From Telmatocola sphagniphila (GTDB lineage: Bacteria; Planctomycetota; Planctomycetia; Gemmatales; Gemmataceae), in assembly GCF_018398935.1 (NCBI RefSeq), contig NZ_CP074694.1, positions 420,001-452,000 on the forward strand: a stretch of 32,000 nt of DNA, given 5' to 3'. The notes beneath the pieces are model-generated. The model worked only from the letters and a program-made list of their open reading frames with translations, was not told the DNA's origin and did not search any database. A program made the translations under genes and the position numbers. Positions 9,801-17,505 of the stretch are shown here, piece by piece. The first letter of the stretch is position 1. The number at the start of each line of letters is the position of its first letter.

Positions 9801-11013
9801 CGTAGGCGCGGGCCGTGTAGCCGCCGAGCAACGTGCAAACAGCCAGCACGGCCAATAGACTTAGGCCAATCCTGCTGGGCGATAGTGATTTCGATTGAAG
9901 GTTCATTTCGGGCTCCAGGAGATGGTTAATACGTTCGGTGAGAGAATTCCTTTGAAACATGGGCGTAGCCAGCCGAGGCATCAATAGACTCTGGCTTGCG
10001 CCGATCTTTTTGGCACCTTCGAAAAGTACTCGAGCGAGCTGGAGGGGTTCCACACCCTGTCGAATGGTGGCCAAATCGCAGCGTTTTTCGCGCTCACAGG
10101 CCAAGCAATTCAACAGCCAATTCACCAAAGGATGGAAAAAGAACAGCGAGCGGATGATCGACTCGAACAGGGCGGTCCGATCATCGGCATGAGCCACATG
10201 GGTGAGTTCGTGGTAGAGCGAAGCCTGGCGATCAGCCTGATTGAGGGATGGCCAATCGCCAGGCACAACCACGGCCGGTCGAAGGCCACCGAACAGAGCT
10301 GGCCCGCATACAGCCTGGGATAACAAAAGTTCGGTCGGGCGACGGATGGCCAGTTCCTGGCAGATTGTCTGGAACTCAGCGTTCAAATCACCGGATACGT
10401 GCTCGGCCCCCAGGCGAATTTGTCGTAGATAATAGTATCCCGCGACAAGCCGGAGCAGGGAATAGGCACATCCTGTTAACCAGAGGAAGGCCAATGCGGT
10501 TTTCCAATTTTGCAAAACAAAAGAACGAATCGAACGCAATTCGATAACGGCACTGCTTTCCGGCGCGCTTACTGGGGTCTCAGGCAGGGCCGCGACGGGA
10601 TTCGTCGATAAAGTCGCGGGTTTTTCCTCTTTTTCGATAGGGCTATTCTGTTTGTCGGAGAGTTGGTTCTCGCTCGATACTTGCGCCGAAGTCGCAGGTA
10701 AAGGAGTCGGAGCATTCCCTGCTACGATTCTTGAATTTGTAGCACTTCCGAAGCTCCCGTTTTGTAAAGTAGGACGAGAAGCCTCTTCGTTTGATTTCAG
10801 CGAAGCGACTTCCTTTTGTGGAAATTGCCACCAGCCCGGAATGAGAGGCAGGAGCAGCCCCCCGATTAAAACCAGATTGGCTAGCCAGAGCCGGGGAGCA
10901 ACGCTCTGGGGACTGCGCAGCAGGAAGCATAGTCCGAGTAGTAGGATTAACACTGCCCATTGCAAGGACCAGACGGCCAGAAAATCGAGTAGATGAGAGG
11001 CGAATGCGCTCAT
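6856..11013 (-). CDS. BlaR1/MecR1-type M56 family membrane metalloprotease (signal transducer) with a very long C-terminal array of carboxypeptidase-regulatory-like repeats
   Basis: 1385 aa. The N-terminus has TM helices. HELTHVAHADD (HExxH, near nt 10190-10215) is followed by FFFHPLVNWL. About 10 repeats of the G-x-V-x-D-x-x-GKP-V/L-x-x-A-x-V type are present, for example GVVVDQEGKPVAEATV, GFVVDEKGKPLAGAKV, GRVLDPDGKPVEGATA. The start ATG overlaps the stop of the upstream repressor (ATGA). Confidence 0.85.
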   Translation of the reverse strand: MSAFASHLLDFLAVWSLQWAVLILLLGLCFLLRSPQSVAPRLWLANLVLIGGLLLPLIPGWWQFPQKEVASLKSNEEASRPTLQNGSFGSATNSRIVAGNAPTPLPATSAQVSSENQLSDKQNSPIEKEEKPATLSTNPVAALPETPVSAPESSAVIELRSIRSFVLQNWKTALAFLWLTGCAYSLLRLVAGYYYLRQIRLGAEHVSGDLNAEFQTICQELAIRRPTELLLSQAVCGPALFGGLRPAVVVPGDWPSLNQADRQASLYHELTHVAHADDRTALFESIIRSLFFFHPLVNWLLNCLACEREKRCDLATIRQGVEPLQLARVLFEGAKKIGASQSLLMPRLATPMFQRNSLTERINHLLEPEMNLQSKSLSPSRIGLSLLAVLAVCTLLGGYTARAYDRGDSESSTKANDTKDPLQGVVVDQEGKPVAEATVIIVGDGGAGERRILKSDAEGKFSMKTFPIGNSAFPQVVILALKDGYAPSKSYAKPFTKTEVKLPFAASFQGFIKDEKGRSIPGASVKVGFINRSGGGASWGYLDDNIFRGTEAEKCYCTTSDDQGKFEFSRVASESELIFRVSAKGFAELDTGTSRSLVPKYVVKADAKPAELILMPEARVRGRVIWKLKGYATSDVEVALDGYEKLHGYHRKTIPDAEGRFKFDRLPSGDLDIFLKFPQGAAATAKGVSVTTKPDQTQEITLEIIAGVEVTGRVEVKDIKAALEGIQIATLGSINPHNFHFDAKRTSSDGRYSFRAPPGKITVLTWGAPEGYGQPDKSRMEIEIPEGVEKFEVAEPFEYVRVRKDLPMRVVDATGKPLTHAKVYSIQNGSVCGDRVGDPQTTSHDGQVKFNFTLMGPLEAGRTQAFQIETESGQRFEASTRVTKEGVPTLRLPTLTEIQGPQDVKADEYAGFVVDEKGKPLAGAKVHLYSWVDNPQNYTFTDSKGIFRMKDLDTRDQYQVLFSKDQYCPVMFLRQPAGTKGLVIVLDQSTYFEGVVRSPEGKPVAGAQIRTDRGPKMLKAGYMINKVWSETKADSEGRYRFYVQPDDYAFHVTSPGIGVCRLEKIAIGHGEVRKLDIDLQKGVNFRAIVQDSVSGKPVKGLRLYSWDNKVIDARSDEHGEISIPEMIPGEFSFNVESSTHTRWWSEQATFQETANPESGWIRKFDNLSFNLKVGMAPVIIKAEPGVKIIGRVLDPDGKPVEGATATATFTKTGNSLTGDTRFSFETRKDGNFEMLLPASGNTEYNLMVHDGKYDEWRNWANGVLPPINTQPGQVIKDVVLKLNRPAVVRGTLLNTKGEPVSNLQVRIELPDLLENRYYVPFTQTKADGTFELNYLRAGEQSVIVNPIAFKNHTGPDSSVKKVTLKEGEKIENIILVVDEKELQAP

Positions 11014-11426
11014 GATTTTTTCCTCGGAGTTTTCGAGGTTGATTTGATTTTGGGATTCGATTGCAGCCGTTCTTCAATTTCTCGAAGTTCTTTTGCGGAG
11101 AGATGTTGCGTGTCGACCAGGCCGAGCACAAGTCGCTCCGCCGAGCCGCGGAAAAATCGTTTCAGAAAATCGCCGAGAAGGTTCCGGGTCGCCTCATCTC
11201 GATCAAAGCAGGGCTTATAGCGATGAGCGGGTTGCTCGTCGTCGTGGAAGACCAATTCGGCACGCTCCATCGCCTGCATCAGGCCGAGGATGGTGGTGTA
11301 CGGCAGGGCTTGGCCGCCGGGCAAATGGCCGAGAATTTCCCGCACGGTGAGGGGGCCATGTTCCCAGAGCAACTCGAGAATTGCGAATTGTCTCTCGGTT
11401 ATTGCGATTTGCTTTTTACCTGCCAT
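11010..11426 (-). CDS. BlaI/MecI/CopY family transcriptional repressor
   Basis: MAGKKQIAITERQFAILELLWEHGPLTVREILGHLPGGQALPYTTILGLMQAMERAELV... is a winged-helix penicillinase-repressor pattern. I prefer the ATG at 11426 (AGGAG about 11 nt upstream) over the track's upstream alternative start at 11492. The stop overlaps the blaR1-like start. Confidence 0.85.
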   Translation of the reverse strand: MAGKKQIAITERQFAILELLWEHGPLTVREILGHLPGGQALPYTTILGLMQAMERAELVFHDDEQPAHRYKPCFDRDEATRNLLGDFLKRFFRGSAERLVLGLVDTQHLSAKELREIEERLQSNPKIKSTSKTPRKKS

Positions 11427-11460
11427 TGCGAATATAACTCCTACGCCTGAATGGGTACGT

Positions 11461-11489
11461 ATCATAAAGTACCTATTGATGCCTGTCAA
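11461..11489 (-). promoter_or_regulatory. Sigma70-like promoter candidate for the blaI/blaR1-like operon
   Basis: The minus strand reads TTGACA (11489-11484), a 17-nt spacer, then TATGAT (11466-11461), about 35 nt upstream of the ATG at 11426. A GGTAC-N10-GTACC dyad (about 11454-11473) overlaps the -10 and could be the repressor site. Confidence 0.45.
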
Positions 11490-11840
11490 CACAAAAGTGT
11501 TTCAGCTTATCGCGTTTTTTCATCGATTATGCAAGATGGCGAGATCGATGGCAGAGTTGACGAAGTGTGGACGCATTCGGCGGCGATCTTCTTCACCTTT
11601 ATCGGAGCCGAAGAAGGGGAGGAGATCAGCGGAGCCGCAGCCAATGTGAGCTACAGCCGAGGACGATACGATCACCGGCACGATGCGTTATCACTTCGGG
11701 GATGACCTTCCATTTGTTTGGCGGAGATACAAAGCAGAGAAAAAGAAGTCGGCAAAACGACCTTCGACCAGAGTCACGAAAAAGAAGACTTGATCAACGA
11801 GACCAAAACCAATGAATCTGCATAAGAAGTTGGAGGCAGC

Positions 11841-12188
11841 ATGAATAACTCGATCTCTGTCATTAAGCCCTACAAGTGGGAAGGGATGGGGGTTTTTGAC
11901 GACCCAAACGTGGGATTAGTAAAGGAACCTTTCGTCGGCGGTGCGGACACCCTGATTGATCATGCCACCTCGCATATTCTAAATGCCAATCAGGGCTTTA
12001 TCGCCGTCTTCTCAGCAGGCAACTTCCCCGACGCTAAGATCGTACTGGAATGGGCGAGAGAAGAATTCAGTGGTAACGTATATCGATGGTCCGAGAAGGG
12101 CATGGAAGGTTGGCTCTGCCCGGCGTTGCTCAGGTACCTCAAGCAACCTCCGGCGAAGTTGTATGTCCAGGTCAAAGCGGCGGAGTGA
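11841..12188 (+). CDS. Small conserved-looking hypothetical protein
   Basis: 115 aa with GGAGG 5 nt upstream of the ATG and balanced composition (..KPYKWEGMGVFDDPNVGLVKEPFVGGADTLID...MEGWLCPALLRYLKQPPAKLYVQVK). I see no motif I can name with certainty. Confidence 0.6.
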   Translation: MNNSISVIKPYKWEGMGVFDDPNVGLVKEPFVGGADTLIDHATSHILNANQGFIAVFSAGNFPDAKIVLEWAREEFSGNVYRWSEKGMEGWLCPALLRYLKQPPAKLYVQVKAAE

Positions 12189-12262
12189 GCGACGCGAAGG
12201 GCCAAGTGTTGAGGGGCAACTCTCAGATAGAACGAAGAAATCAATAATGGTAAGCTGCATTC

Positions 12263-12580
12263 ATGACCATTAACTCCAACGAATCGAAAGAATCAGATCA
12301 CTCGCTGCTTTTCCAGAACCAAGAATCGTCTGGAATCGACAGAAACTGGCATTTCCTTCTGGCGGTTCTCGCTTTTTTGACGCCGTTTATCGTCATGCCT
12401 TTTCTTGGTTTGTATTGGGTTGCTGGAGTTGCGATCCTAATCTTCGCCGTATGGGCTTCTGTGATGCCGACGACGTGCATGAACGGAGGACTAATCTACT
12501 CGTTCATTACGACCATGCTGCTGATAAATACAATTTTCCTCGTGATATTTGCGATTCTTCGGCTCTTGAGTTTGGTTTGA
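12263..12580 (+). CDS. Hypothetical small integral membrane protein
   Basis: 105 aa. It has a polar N-terminus followed by three hydrophobic helices (FLLAVLAFLTPFIVMPFLGLYWVAGVAILIFAVW..; LIYSFITTMLLINTIFLVIFAILRLL). Confidence 0.45.
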   Translation: MTINSNESKESDHSLLFQNQESSGIDRNWHFLLAVLAFLTPFIVMPFLGLYWVAGVAILIFAVWASVMPTTCMNGGLIYSFITTMLLINTIFLVIFAILRLLSLV

Positions 12581-12848
12581 AAGTCGAACTGAATGCTCGT
12601 CTTCGAAACACTCATCAGTTTGGGTAACCAAAGGTATCTCAAGAACGAAACGCCAGAATGCTAATCCTTGGCTAGATCCATATCAGGCAATGAAGAACGA
12701 ATCAATCTCGCCAATTGATCTACTCTTTTCAACAAAGTGGGATTACGGTGTGATCCCGCCATTGATACAACCTTACCAACGAGTCTCAACGCCTTTGATC
12801 GTCCAGAGATTTCGTAATGCAATTTTTAGTTTGGGCAGATCGAATCTT

Positions 12849-14270
12849 GGCTCTTCCGTTTCTAGGTGTAGCATCCAGAGAAATGCTTCTGTATCTGGTT
12901 GACGAAGCCGCGAATCTCCGCAATGGTCGGCCCTAATTTTTTCGCTGCCCAATTCACGTCCAGGAGTATTCTCGTCCAGAGCGTAGTTAGACTCTGAATT
13001 CCATAACTTCGGCGTAGCACTACCCGAATCTTGGTATTCAGACCCTCCACCGGGCCGCTGCTTTTGCGTTCCTCGAAGTAGGCTAAGATCCCCTCCCAGT
13101 TATTCTTGAGCATCGTGATGAACGGCTCCCAATCCATCTCGGTCTCGCGGGCCTGGACGATCCAATCTTCCAACAGTCGCGAGGCTTCGGCTCGGTTCGG
13201 GGCACTATCGAAGATTTTGGTCGCCTCCCAACGCAGATGGTAGATCGTTCCCAACGAAGGCACCTTCTCGAACAAATCCTCGAGGGCCTGGACCTGCTCC
13301 GGTTTCAAATCCTCGGGACGACGCCGGAAGTCGTGCATCTGAGAACGCAGCTTCTTGCGGGCTTCCCCGCTCAAACTTCGCTTGTAGGCTCGATAGTTTT
13401 TTCGCAGATCGTCCGCCACCTCACCCAATTTCTTGGCGACGTGAAAGCGATCTATTACCGACTGGCTGTTGGGTAAATGCACGCCGCAAGCCTTCAAATA
13501 CGCCGCGCTCATGTCCGTATGATGCCAACGCACCGCCGACCGTTGCTGGGCCGACAAATGCTCCAAACACGCTCGCCCCGCTGCTTCGTCGCGACCCTTG
13601 GACAGAGCCAGAATCTCCGGACGCTCCCCATTCGTCAGGTCTGTGAGAATGGTCGCATATCCCTTATGCCCCTTACGCAGGCTGATCTCATCCAGACCCA
13701 AACGCTCGATCTTCCGCTGGGGATCGATCTGCTTCGCCTTGGCGTCCTCTATCCGGTTCTTGACGATTCGTTCCACCGTCTCCGCGGCGATCCCCAAACG
13801 CACCGCCACGTCTTCGGCTGTGCTCCCGATCAGACTGACCAGCACCTGCTCCTCGAAGCGAAACGTATATTTCACATCCCGACGCTTGAACGGCGGCAAC
13901 AGCGATTGACGGTGACCGCACGACGGGCAGCGGTGATACACCTCCTGGTACACGAAAAAGCTCGGCTTACCCCACAAATCCAGATCGCGGATGCTCAGAA
14001 ACTTGTTCTTCTCCACCAATTGAAGCCGAGACTCTCGCTGGCATGTCTCGCAACAAAGATTGTCGGGCAACTCCCAACTCACGTGAAAGGCGTGGCCCCC
14101 GTCGATGCGTTCGTATTCGCCAACGCTCACTCCGGCAGGGACGTCCATGTCTATGGCAATGGTAGTCGTCGTCATCGGCTCTTCCGTGAACCAGGAAAAG
14201 GGTACTCTCAATTGCAATCTATCCCAAAATGACCGATTCGCCGAGAGTTGCGCCTAAAAACGGAAGAGCC
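12849..14270 (-). mobile_element. ISL3-family insertion sequence, copy 1 (intact, 1422 bp)
   Basis: Terminal IRs are GGCTCTTCCGTTTCTAGGTGTAGC (12849-) and, as reverse complement, GGCTCTTCCGTTTTTAGGCGCAAC (-14270). A perfect 8-bp direct repeat CGAATCTT lies at 12841-12848 and 14271-14278. ISL3 elements characteristically make 8-bp TSDs and have GGCTCTT-type ends. Confidence 0.9.
12862..14217 (-). CDS. ISL3-family transposase
   Basis: 451-aa ORF with two zinc-finger pairs (CCETC...CPSCGH), an HTH region, and the DDE region LGLDEISLRKGHKGYATILTD...HTDMSAAY...GPVEGLNTKIRVVLRRSYG. The true start is likely the ATG at 14175 (MTTTTIAID), just after GGAAGAG. The stop TAG lies inside the left IR. Confidence 0.9.
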   Translation of the reverse strand: MQLRVPFSWFTEEPMTTTTIAIDMDVPAGVSVGEYERIDGGHAFHVSWELPDNLCCETCQRESRLQLVEKNKFLSIRDLDLWGKPSFFVYQEVYHRCPSCGHRQSLLPPFKRRDVKYTFRFEEQVLVSLIGSTAEDVAVRLGIAAETVERIVKNRIEDAKAKQIDPQRKIERLGLDEISLRKGHKGYATILTDLTNGERPEILALSKGRDEAAGRACLEHLSAQQRSAVRWHHTDMSAAYLKACGVHLPNSQSVIDRFHVAKKLGEVADDLRKNYRAYKRSLSGEARKKLRSQMHDFRRRPEDLKPEQVQALEDLFEKVPSLGTIYHLRWEATKIFDSAPNRAEASRLLEDWIVQARETEMDWEPFITMLKNNWEGILAYFEERKSSGPVEGLNTKIRVVLRRSYGIQSLTTLWTRILLDVNWAAKKLGPTIAEIRGFVNQIQKHFSGCYT

Positions 14271-14421
14271 CGAATCTTTCCCAAAATGCTGGGCAATGAG
14301 ATTCTTGATCTGTCACCACCTAAGCGGTATGATCAAGCATCGTTTGAGACCCCGACAAAATCCTGGAAGCCTCGAAATTCGGTCATCTGATTGGTTCTGT
14401 GACTTGGTTTTTAAAGAAAAG

Positions 14422-15946
14422 GTAATCTTTCACTCTCCTGAACTGAGCTTCACGGGTAGAGCAGGTAGTTTCCCTGTAAGCGTGTAGGTGCGGAGGGCCG
14501 ATTCGGTTTCCTTTAAAGGATCTTGCTCTCGTAACTTCAGGGTGCGATAAATGCTCATCAGAATGCTTCGCGTTTGAGCCCCCTGCTGGCTGTGACTGCC
14601 GAAACTGACTTTCCGCATCATCACGCCCGGTCGGATTTCTCTCTCCCCCTTATTGTTGCTCTTGGGCACTCCCTCTATTTCCAGAAACGTTAGCAGATCG
14701 TCGCCGTAATCGAACAAACGCTTGGCCAATCTCCGGGCGTGCCGGTTCGTCCACGGTCGCACCGCCAAATCGGTGATCCGCGTCTTAAGCCGCAGCAATC
14801 GGCTGTCGTAGCTCTCCTGTTGCAACTCTTCGATACCCGCCTCCAAACGCACGGCATCGGCGTAAATCCGCCACAGTTTCTTGCAGAATTCTGGCCAATC
14901 CTCGCCGCTTTCAGAGCCTTCATCGACCGCCGTCAGATCCCGCAACAAGTGAGGCCAACACTTCTGACGCTTCTGGGTCACGATGTCGTACGCTTTCCAG
15001 AAGTCGCTGACCAGAACGCCCTGGAAGGCTTCCGTGAAGAAGACCTTCAAGGCCTCGTGACCCCGCTTGGGGTGAATCCGATAATAGGTCGCATCGTCCC
15101 GCGCAAAACACCACAGCCAGGACGTCACTCCTTCGGTTCGCCAGCCGGTCTCATCGGCGTGCAGGACGCCGGCCAAAAGGCATTCGCGGTGAATCTGCTC
15201 GTACCAGGGTTCGAGTACCTCGGCCAGACGGTGCCAGATTTCGGTCAAGCCGCCCACGCTGAGTTTCATCTGAAGGTGGCCGTTGAAGACCTCCAGGATC
15301 TGACTCGTCGTGGTACCCAGTCCGTAGTGCAGCCAGGCCGACAGGACCGTAGTTCGATGGCCCAGCTGACAGCCTGGCAGAGCGTCGGGAACAACCGGTT
15401 CGACCTGCTTTTTGCACTTGGGACACCAGTCGCGATGAATCGTGTGTTCGGTCGTCTGAGCGTGCAAATCGTCGGGAATATCTTCGATGATCCTTAGGCG
15501 TTGGCGGTCGGTGCGTTGCAGAGCTCCCTGGCAGCAGGGACAGACCTCCAGTTGGTGGGTCTGGCGTTTATCGATGCGGGTGGGAATTGGGCGATAATGA
15601 CCGTCGTGTCCAGGCTTGGGGCCGGCTTTTCCCTTCTTTTTCTTGGGATTCGCATTCGACTTTAAGTAGGGAGCGATGGATCCCGAGGGAGTGTTTGGCC
15701 CCAGAGGTATCGTGCCTGCAGCGACCGCGACGCTCAGCTGAAGTAACAGAAACTGCAATTCCAGGGGATCTCGATGAACGAACTCCCGAGCTTGTTCCGA
15801 AGTCAGCTTTCCGCTTCGGAACGACGCCAGGAAAGTGGGATCGAGAACGGGAGTTTCCGTTGATGTTGGAATCGCAGAAGCCATGACGGAGTGATAGCAA
15901 ATTGCAACCCCTCGCGCAAGACCAGTTCAACAGAGTGAAAGGTTTC
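14422..15946 (-). mobile_element. IS66-family insertion sequence (single-ORF type, 1525 bp)
   Basis: IRs are GTAATCTTTCACTCTCCTGAACTG (14422-14445) and, as reverse complement of 15923-15946, GAAACCTTTCACTCTGTTGAACTG (20/24 identical). They are flanked by the 8-bp direct repeat AAGAAAAG (14414-14421 and 15947-15954). GTAA termini and 8-bp TSDs are IS66-family hallmarks. Confidence 0.8.
14430..15884 (-). CDS. IS66-family transposase
   Basis: 484 aa. Contains CPCCQGAL...CPKCKK zinc-finger pairs, LHADETGW, CWPHLLRDL and SNNKGEREIRPGVMMRKVSFGSHS, all typical of IS66 TnpC. Confidence 0.9.
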   Translation of the reverse strand: MASAIPTSTETPVLDPTFLASFRSGKLTSEQAREFVHRDPLELQFLLLQLSVAVAAGTIPLGPNTPSGSIAPYLKSNANPKKKKGKAGPKPGHDGHYRPIPTRIDKRQTHQLEVCPCCQGALQRTDRQRLRIIEDIPDDLHAQTTEHTIHRDWCPKCKKQVEPVVPDALPGCQLGHRTTVLSAWLHYGLGTTTSQILEVFNGHLQMKLSVGGLTEIWHRLAEVLEPWYEQIHRECLLAGVLHADETGWRTEGVTSWLWCFARDDATYYRIHPKRGHEALKVFFTEAFQGVLVSDFWKAYDIVTQKRQKCWPHLLRDLTAVDEGSESGEDWPEFCKKLWRIYADAVRLEAGIEELQQESYDSRLLRLKTRITDLAVRPWTNRHARRLAKRLFDYGDDLLTFLEIEGVPKSNNKGEREIRPGVMMRKVSFGSHSQQGAQTRSILMSIYRTLKLREQDPLKETESALRTYTLTGKLPALPVKLSSGE

Positions 15947-15973
15947 AAGAAAAGGTTCCAGACAAATCGAATC

Positions 15974-16579
15974 ATGACGAGCAACTCAAAACCTATGTCG
16001 ATTCTGAAGCACCTTATCCAAATAGATGAATATCGTGTACACTTGTCGTTTCAGTTTCCCAACGGAATCCAAGTTCGAAAAGCAGCCGATGCACCATCTT
16101 CTGAACAAGACTGGAAACCTCTCACTCAACTCAACTTCTTTACCTCCAACTTCCCCGAACGCAACCCGTTCAACATTCCTGGGCCATTTTACGGAGCCGA
16201 TACGGACACCTGCGAGACGGGGACTGCGGAAGCGCCCCACAATGTTCTGTTGGACCGGTCGAGCCAGGAATTCGTCTTCGCACAACCCCGATGCGAGGAT
16301 GAACTGCGGGACATTATCAGCGCTGCGGACTGCGAGTGTTTCGTCGGATACGGGGCGGACGGCAACGACCATTGGACTCTGGCATTGATCCGGGAGTGGT
16401 GGCAATCACGAGCCTATCTGCTCGACCTTTCGTCGCACGTCATGGGTCTGCCAGAAAGTAAACGCCGGTGGGAGCGGATTCTGTCGGGGGAGGGTGAGGC
16501 GTACCTCCGCTTGTATGCGTTCTTCATAGAAAACCGGCGTCTTCCCTCCGAGAAAGATAGATTGCCGGAAATTGGATAG
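15974..16579 (+). CDS. Hypothetical protein with a degenerate ferredoxin-like segment
   Basis: The track ORF starts at 15902, inside the IS66 end. The first ATG outside the IS is 15974 (alternative 15995). The segment GPFYGADTDTCETGTAEAPHNVLLD..FVFAQP..ELRDII.AADCECF resembles small ferredoxin-type proteins but lacks the full Cys cluster. Confidence 0.5.
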   Translation: MTSNSKPMSILKHLIQIDEYRVHLSFQFPNGIQVRKAADAPSSEQDWKPLTQLNFFTSNFPERNPFNIPGPFYGADTDTCETGTAEAPHNVLLDRSSQEFVFAQPRCEDELRDIISAADCECFVGYGADGNDHWTLALIREWWQSRAYLLDLSSHVMGLPESKRRWERILSGEGEAYLRLYAFFIENRRLPSEKDRLPEIG

Positions 16580-16584
16580 TAGCA

Positions 16585-17148
16585 ATGACTAACGGCTTTT
16601 TTTGCGGCAAATGTGGTCAATTCCACGCCGAGCTTCCGATGGATTTCGGGGCCGACGCACCAGCGCCATTTTACTCGATTCCGCAAGCGGAACAGGACGC
16701 TCGGTGCGAATTGACCTCCGATCTGTGCATGATTGACCAGAAAGAGTTCTACGTTCGAGGATGTTTGGAGATTCCGGTGATAGACGGACCACGGCCTTTC
16801 GTTTGGGGTGTTTGGACTTCCCTAAGCAAACACAATATCAAACGCATGGCCGAGCTATGGGAATCGCCAGGGCGAGAAAGCGAGCCACTGTCTTTCGGCT
16901 GGTTGTGTACATCACTTCCGCTTTACCCGGAGACTTTGCTCTTGAAAACGAATGTGCGTACCCGTCCGGTTGGATATCGCCCTTTGGTGGAATTAGAACC
17001 GACCGATCATCCATTGGCGATTGAGCAGCGAAACGGGATTACAATGAAGCGTGTTCGAGAACTTGCTGAAGCCTTGCTACTCTCTGACGAATCGATGAGA
17101 ATATTCAAAACTGTAAGCGATAAAGTAAATTGTCAGAAGTTTGCATGA
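16585..17148 (+). CDS. DUF2199-family protein
   Basis: FCGKCGQFHAELPMDFGADAP...DLCMIDQKEFYVRGCLEIPV...FVWGVWTSLS...FGWLCTSLPLYPETLLLKTNVRTRPVGYRPLVELEPTDHPLAIEQRNGIT matches the DUF2199 pattern as I remember it. It starts 6 nt after the previous stop. Confidence 0.7.
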   Translation: MTNGFFCGKCGQFHAELPMDFGADAPAPFYSIPQAEQDARCELTSDLCMIDQKEFYVRGCLEIPVIDGPRPFVWGVWTSLSKHNIKRMAELWESPGRESEPLSFGWLCTSLPLYPETLLLKTNVRTRPVGYRPLVELEPTDHPLAIEQRNGITMKRVRELAEALLLSDESMRIFKTVSDKVNCQKFA

Positions 17149-17411
17149 AGGATTTTCACTGGATGAGATTTGAAATTTCTAGAAACGATCAACTTGTGTC
17201 ATTTTTTGTTCTGATGTTTATCGCTTACGGAACAGCTTATGTTTGCAATATTCGTCCCAGCATTCCTCCTGTTTCAGCAATTATTTTCAAGGTGTCTTTC
17301 GGCACAAGGAAAAGTAATAGTTACCTCGTTCTTCAGAAAATCGTCTTGTTTCTTCTGGGATTTTCCTTCGGTATGCTTTTGGAGATCGTTTCATCCAGGA
17401 TTTTGTCCTGA
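17145..17411 (+). CDS. Small hypothetical membrane protein
   Basis: The ATG at 17145 overlaps the DUF2199 stop (ATGA). It has two hydrophobic segments (LVSFFVLMFIAYGTAYV; IVLFLLGFSFGMLLEIV). The local sequence is AT-rich, so the call is weak. Confidence 0.35.
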   Translation: MKDFHWMRFEISRNDQLVSFFVLMFIAYGTAYVCNIRPSIPPVSAIIFKVSFGTRKSNSYLVLQKIVLFLLGFSFGMLLEIVSSRILS

Positions 17412-17505
17412 ACCGCTCATCGAATGTGAAGGTAAGGAACTGCATTGATGGAGTAGTCTGATGGAGTAAGAAATATTGAGAGATAAAGGGATAAAGAGAA
17501 CTTAC

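Noticed and set aside
11500-11800. Possible frameshifted small-gene relic (..VWTHSAAIFFTFIGAEEGEEISGAAANVSYSRGRYD / ITGTMRYHFGDDLPFVWRRYKAEKKK..)
   Set aside because: The pieces are under 60 codons each and span two frames. I recognise no family and see no start context, so I cannot support it without a database search.
13477-14232. Long plus-strand ORFs antisense to both ISL3 transposases (13477..14232 at 251 aa; 27614..28525 at 303 aa)
   Set aside because: They lie opposite a well-supported transposase and are Arg/Leu/Gln/His-rich with no motifs. This is typical antisense open frame in GC-rich coding DNA.
17113-17228. A perfect 12-bp inverted repeat GTAAGCGATAAA / TTTATCGCTTAC, 93 bp apart, with an IS66-like GTAAGCG end, considered as a possible MITE
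   Set aside because: There is no flanking direct repeat. The left arm lies inside the DUF2199 coding sequence. By rough estimate a single 12-bp inverted repeat at this spacing is close to chance expectation in 32 kb.
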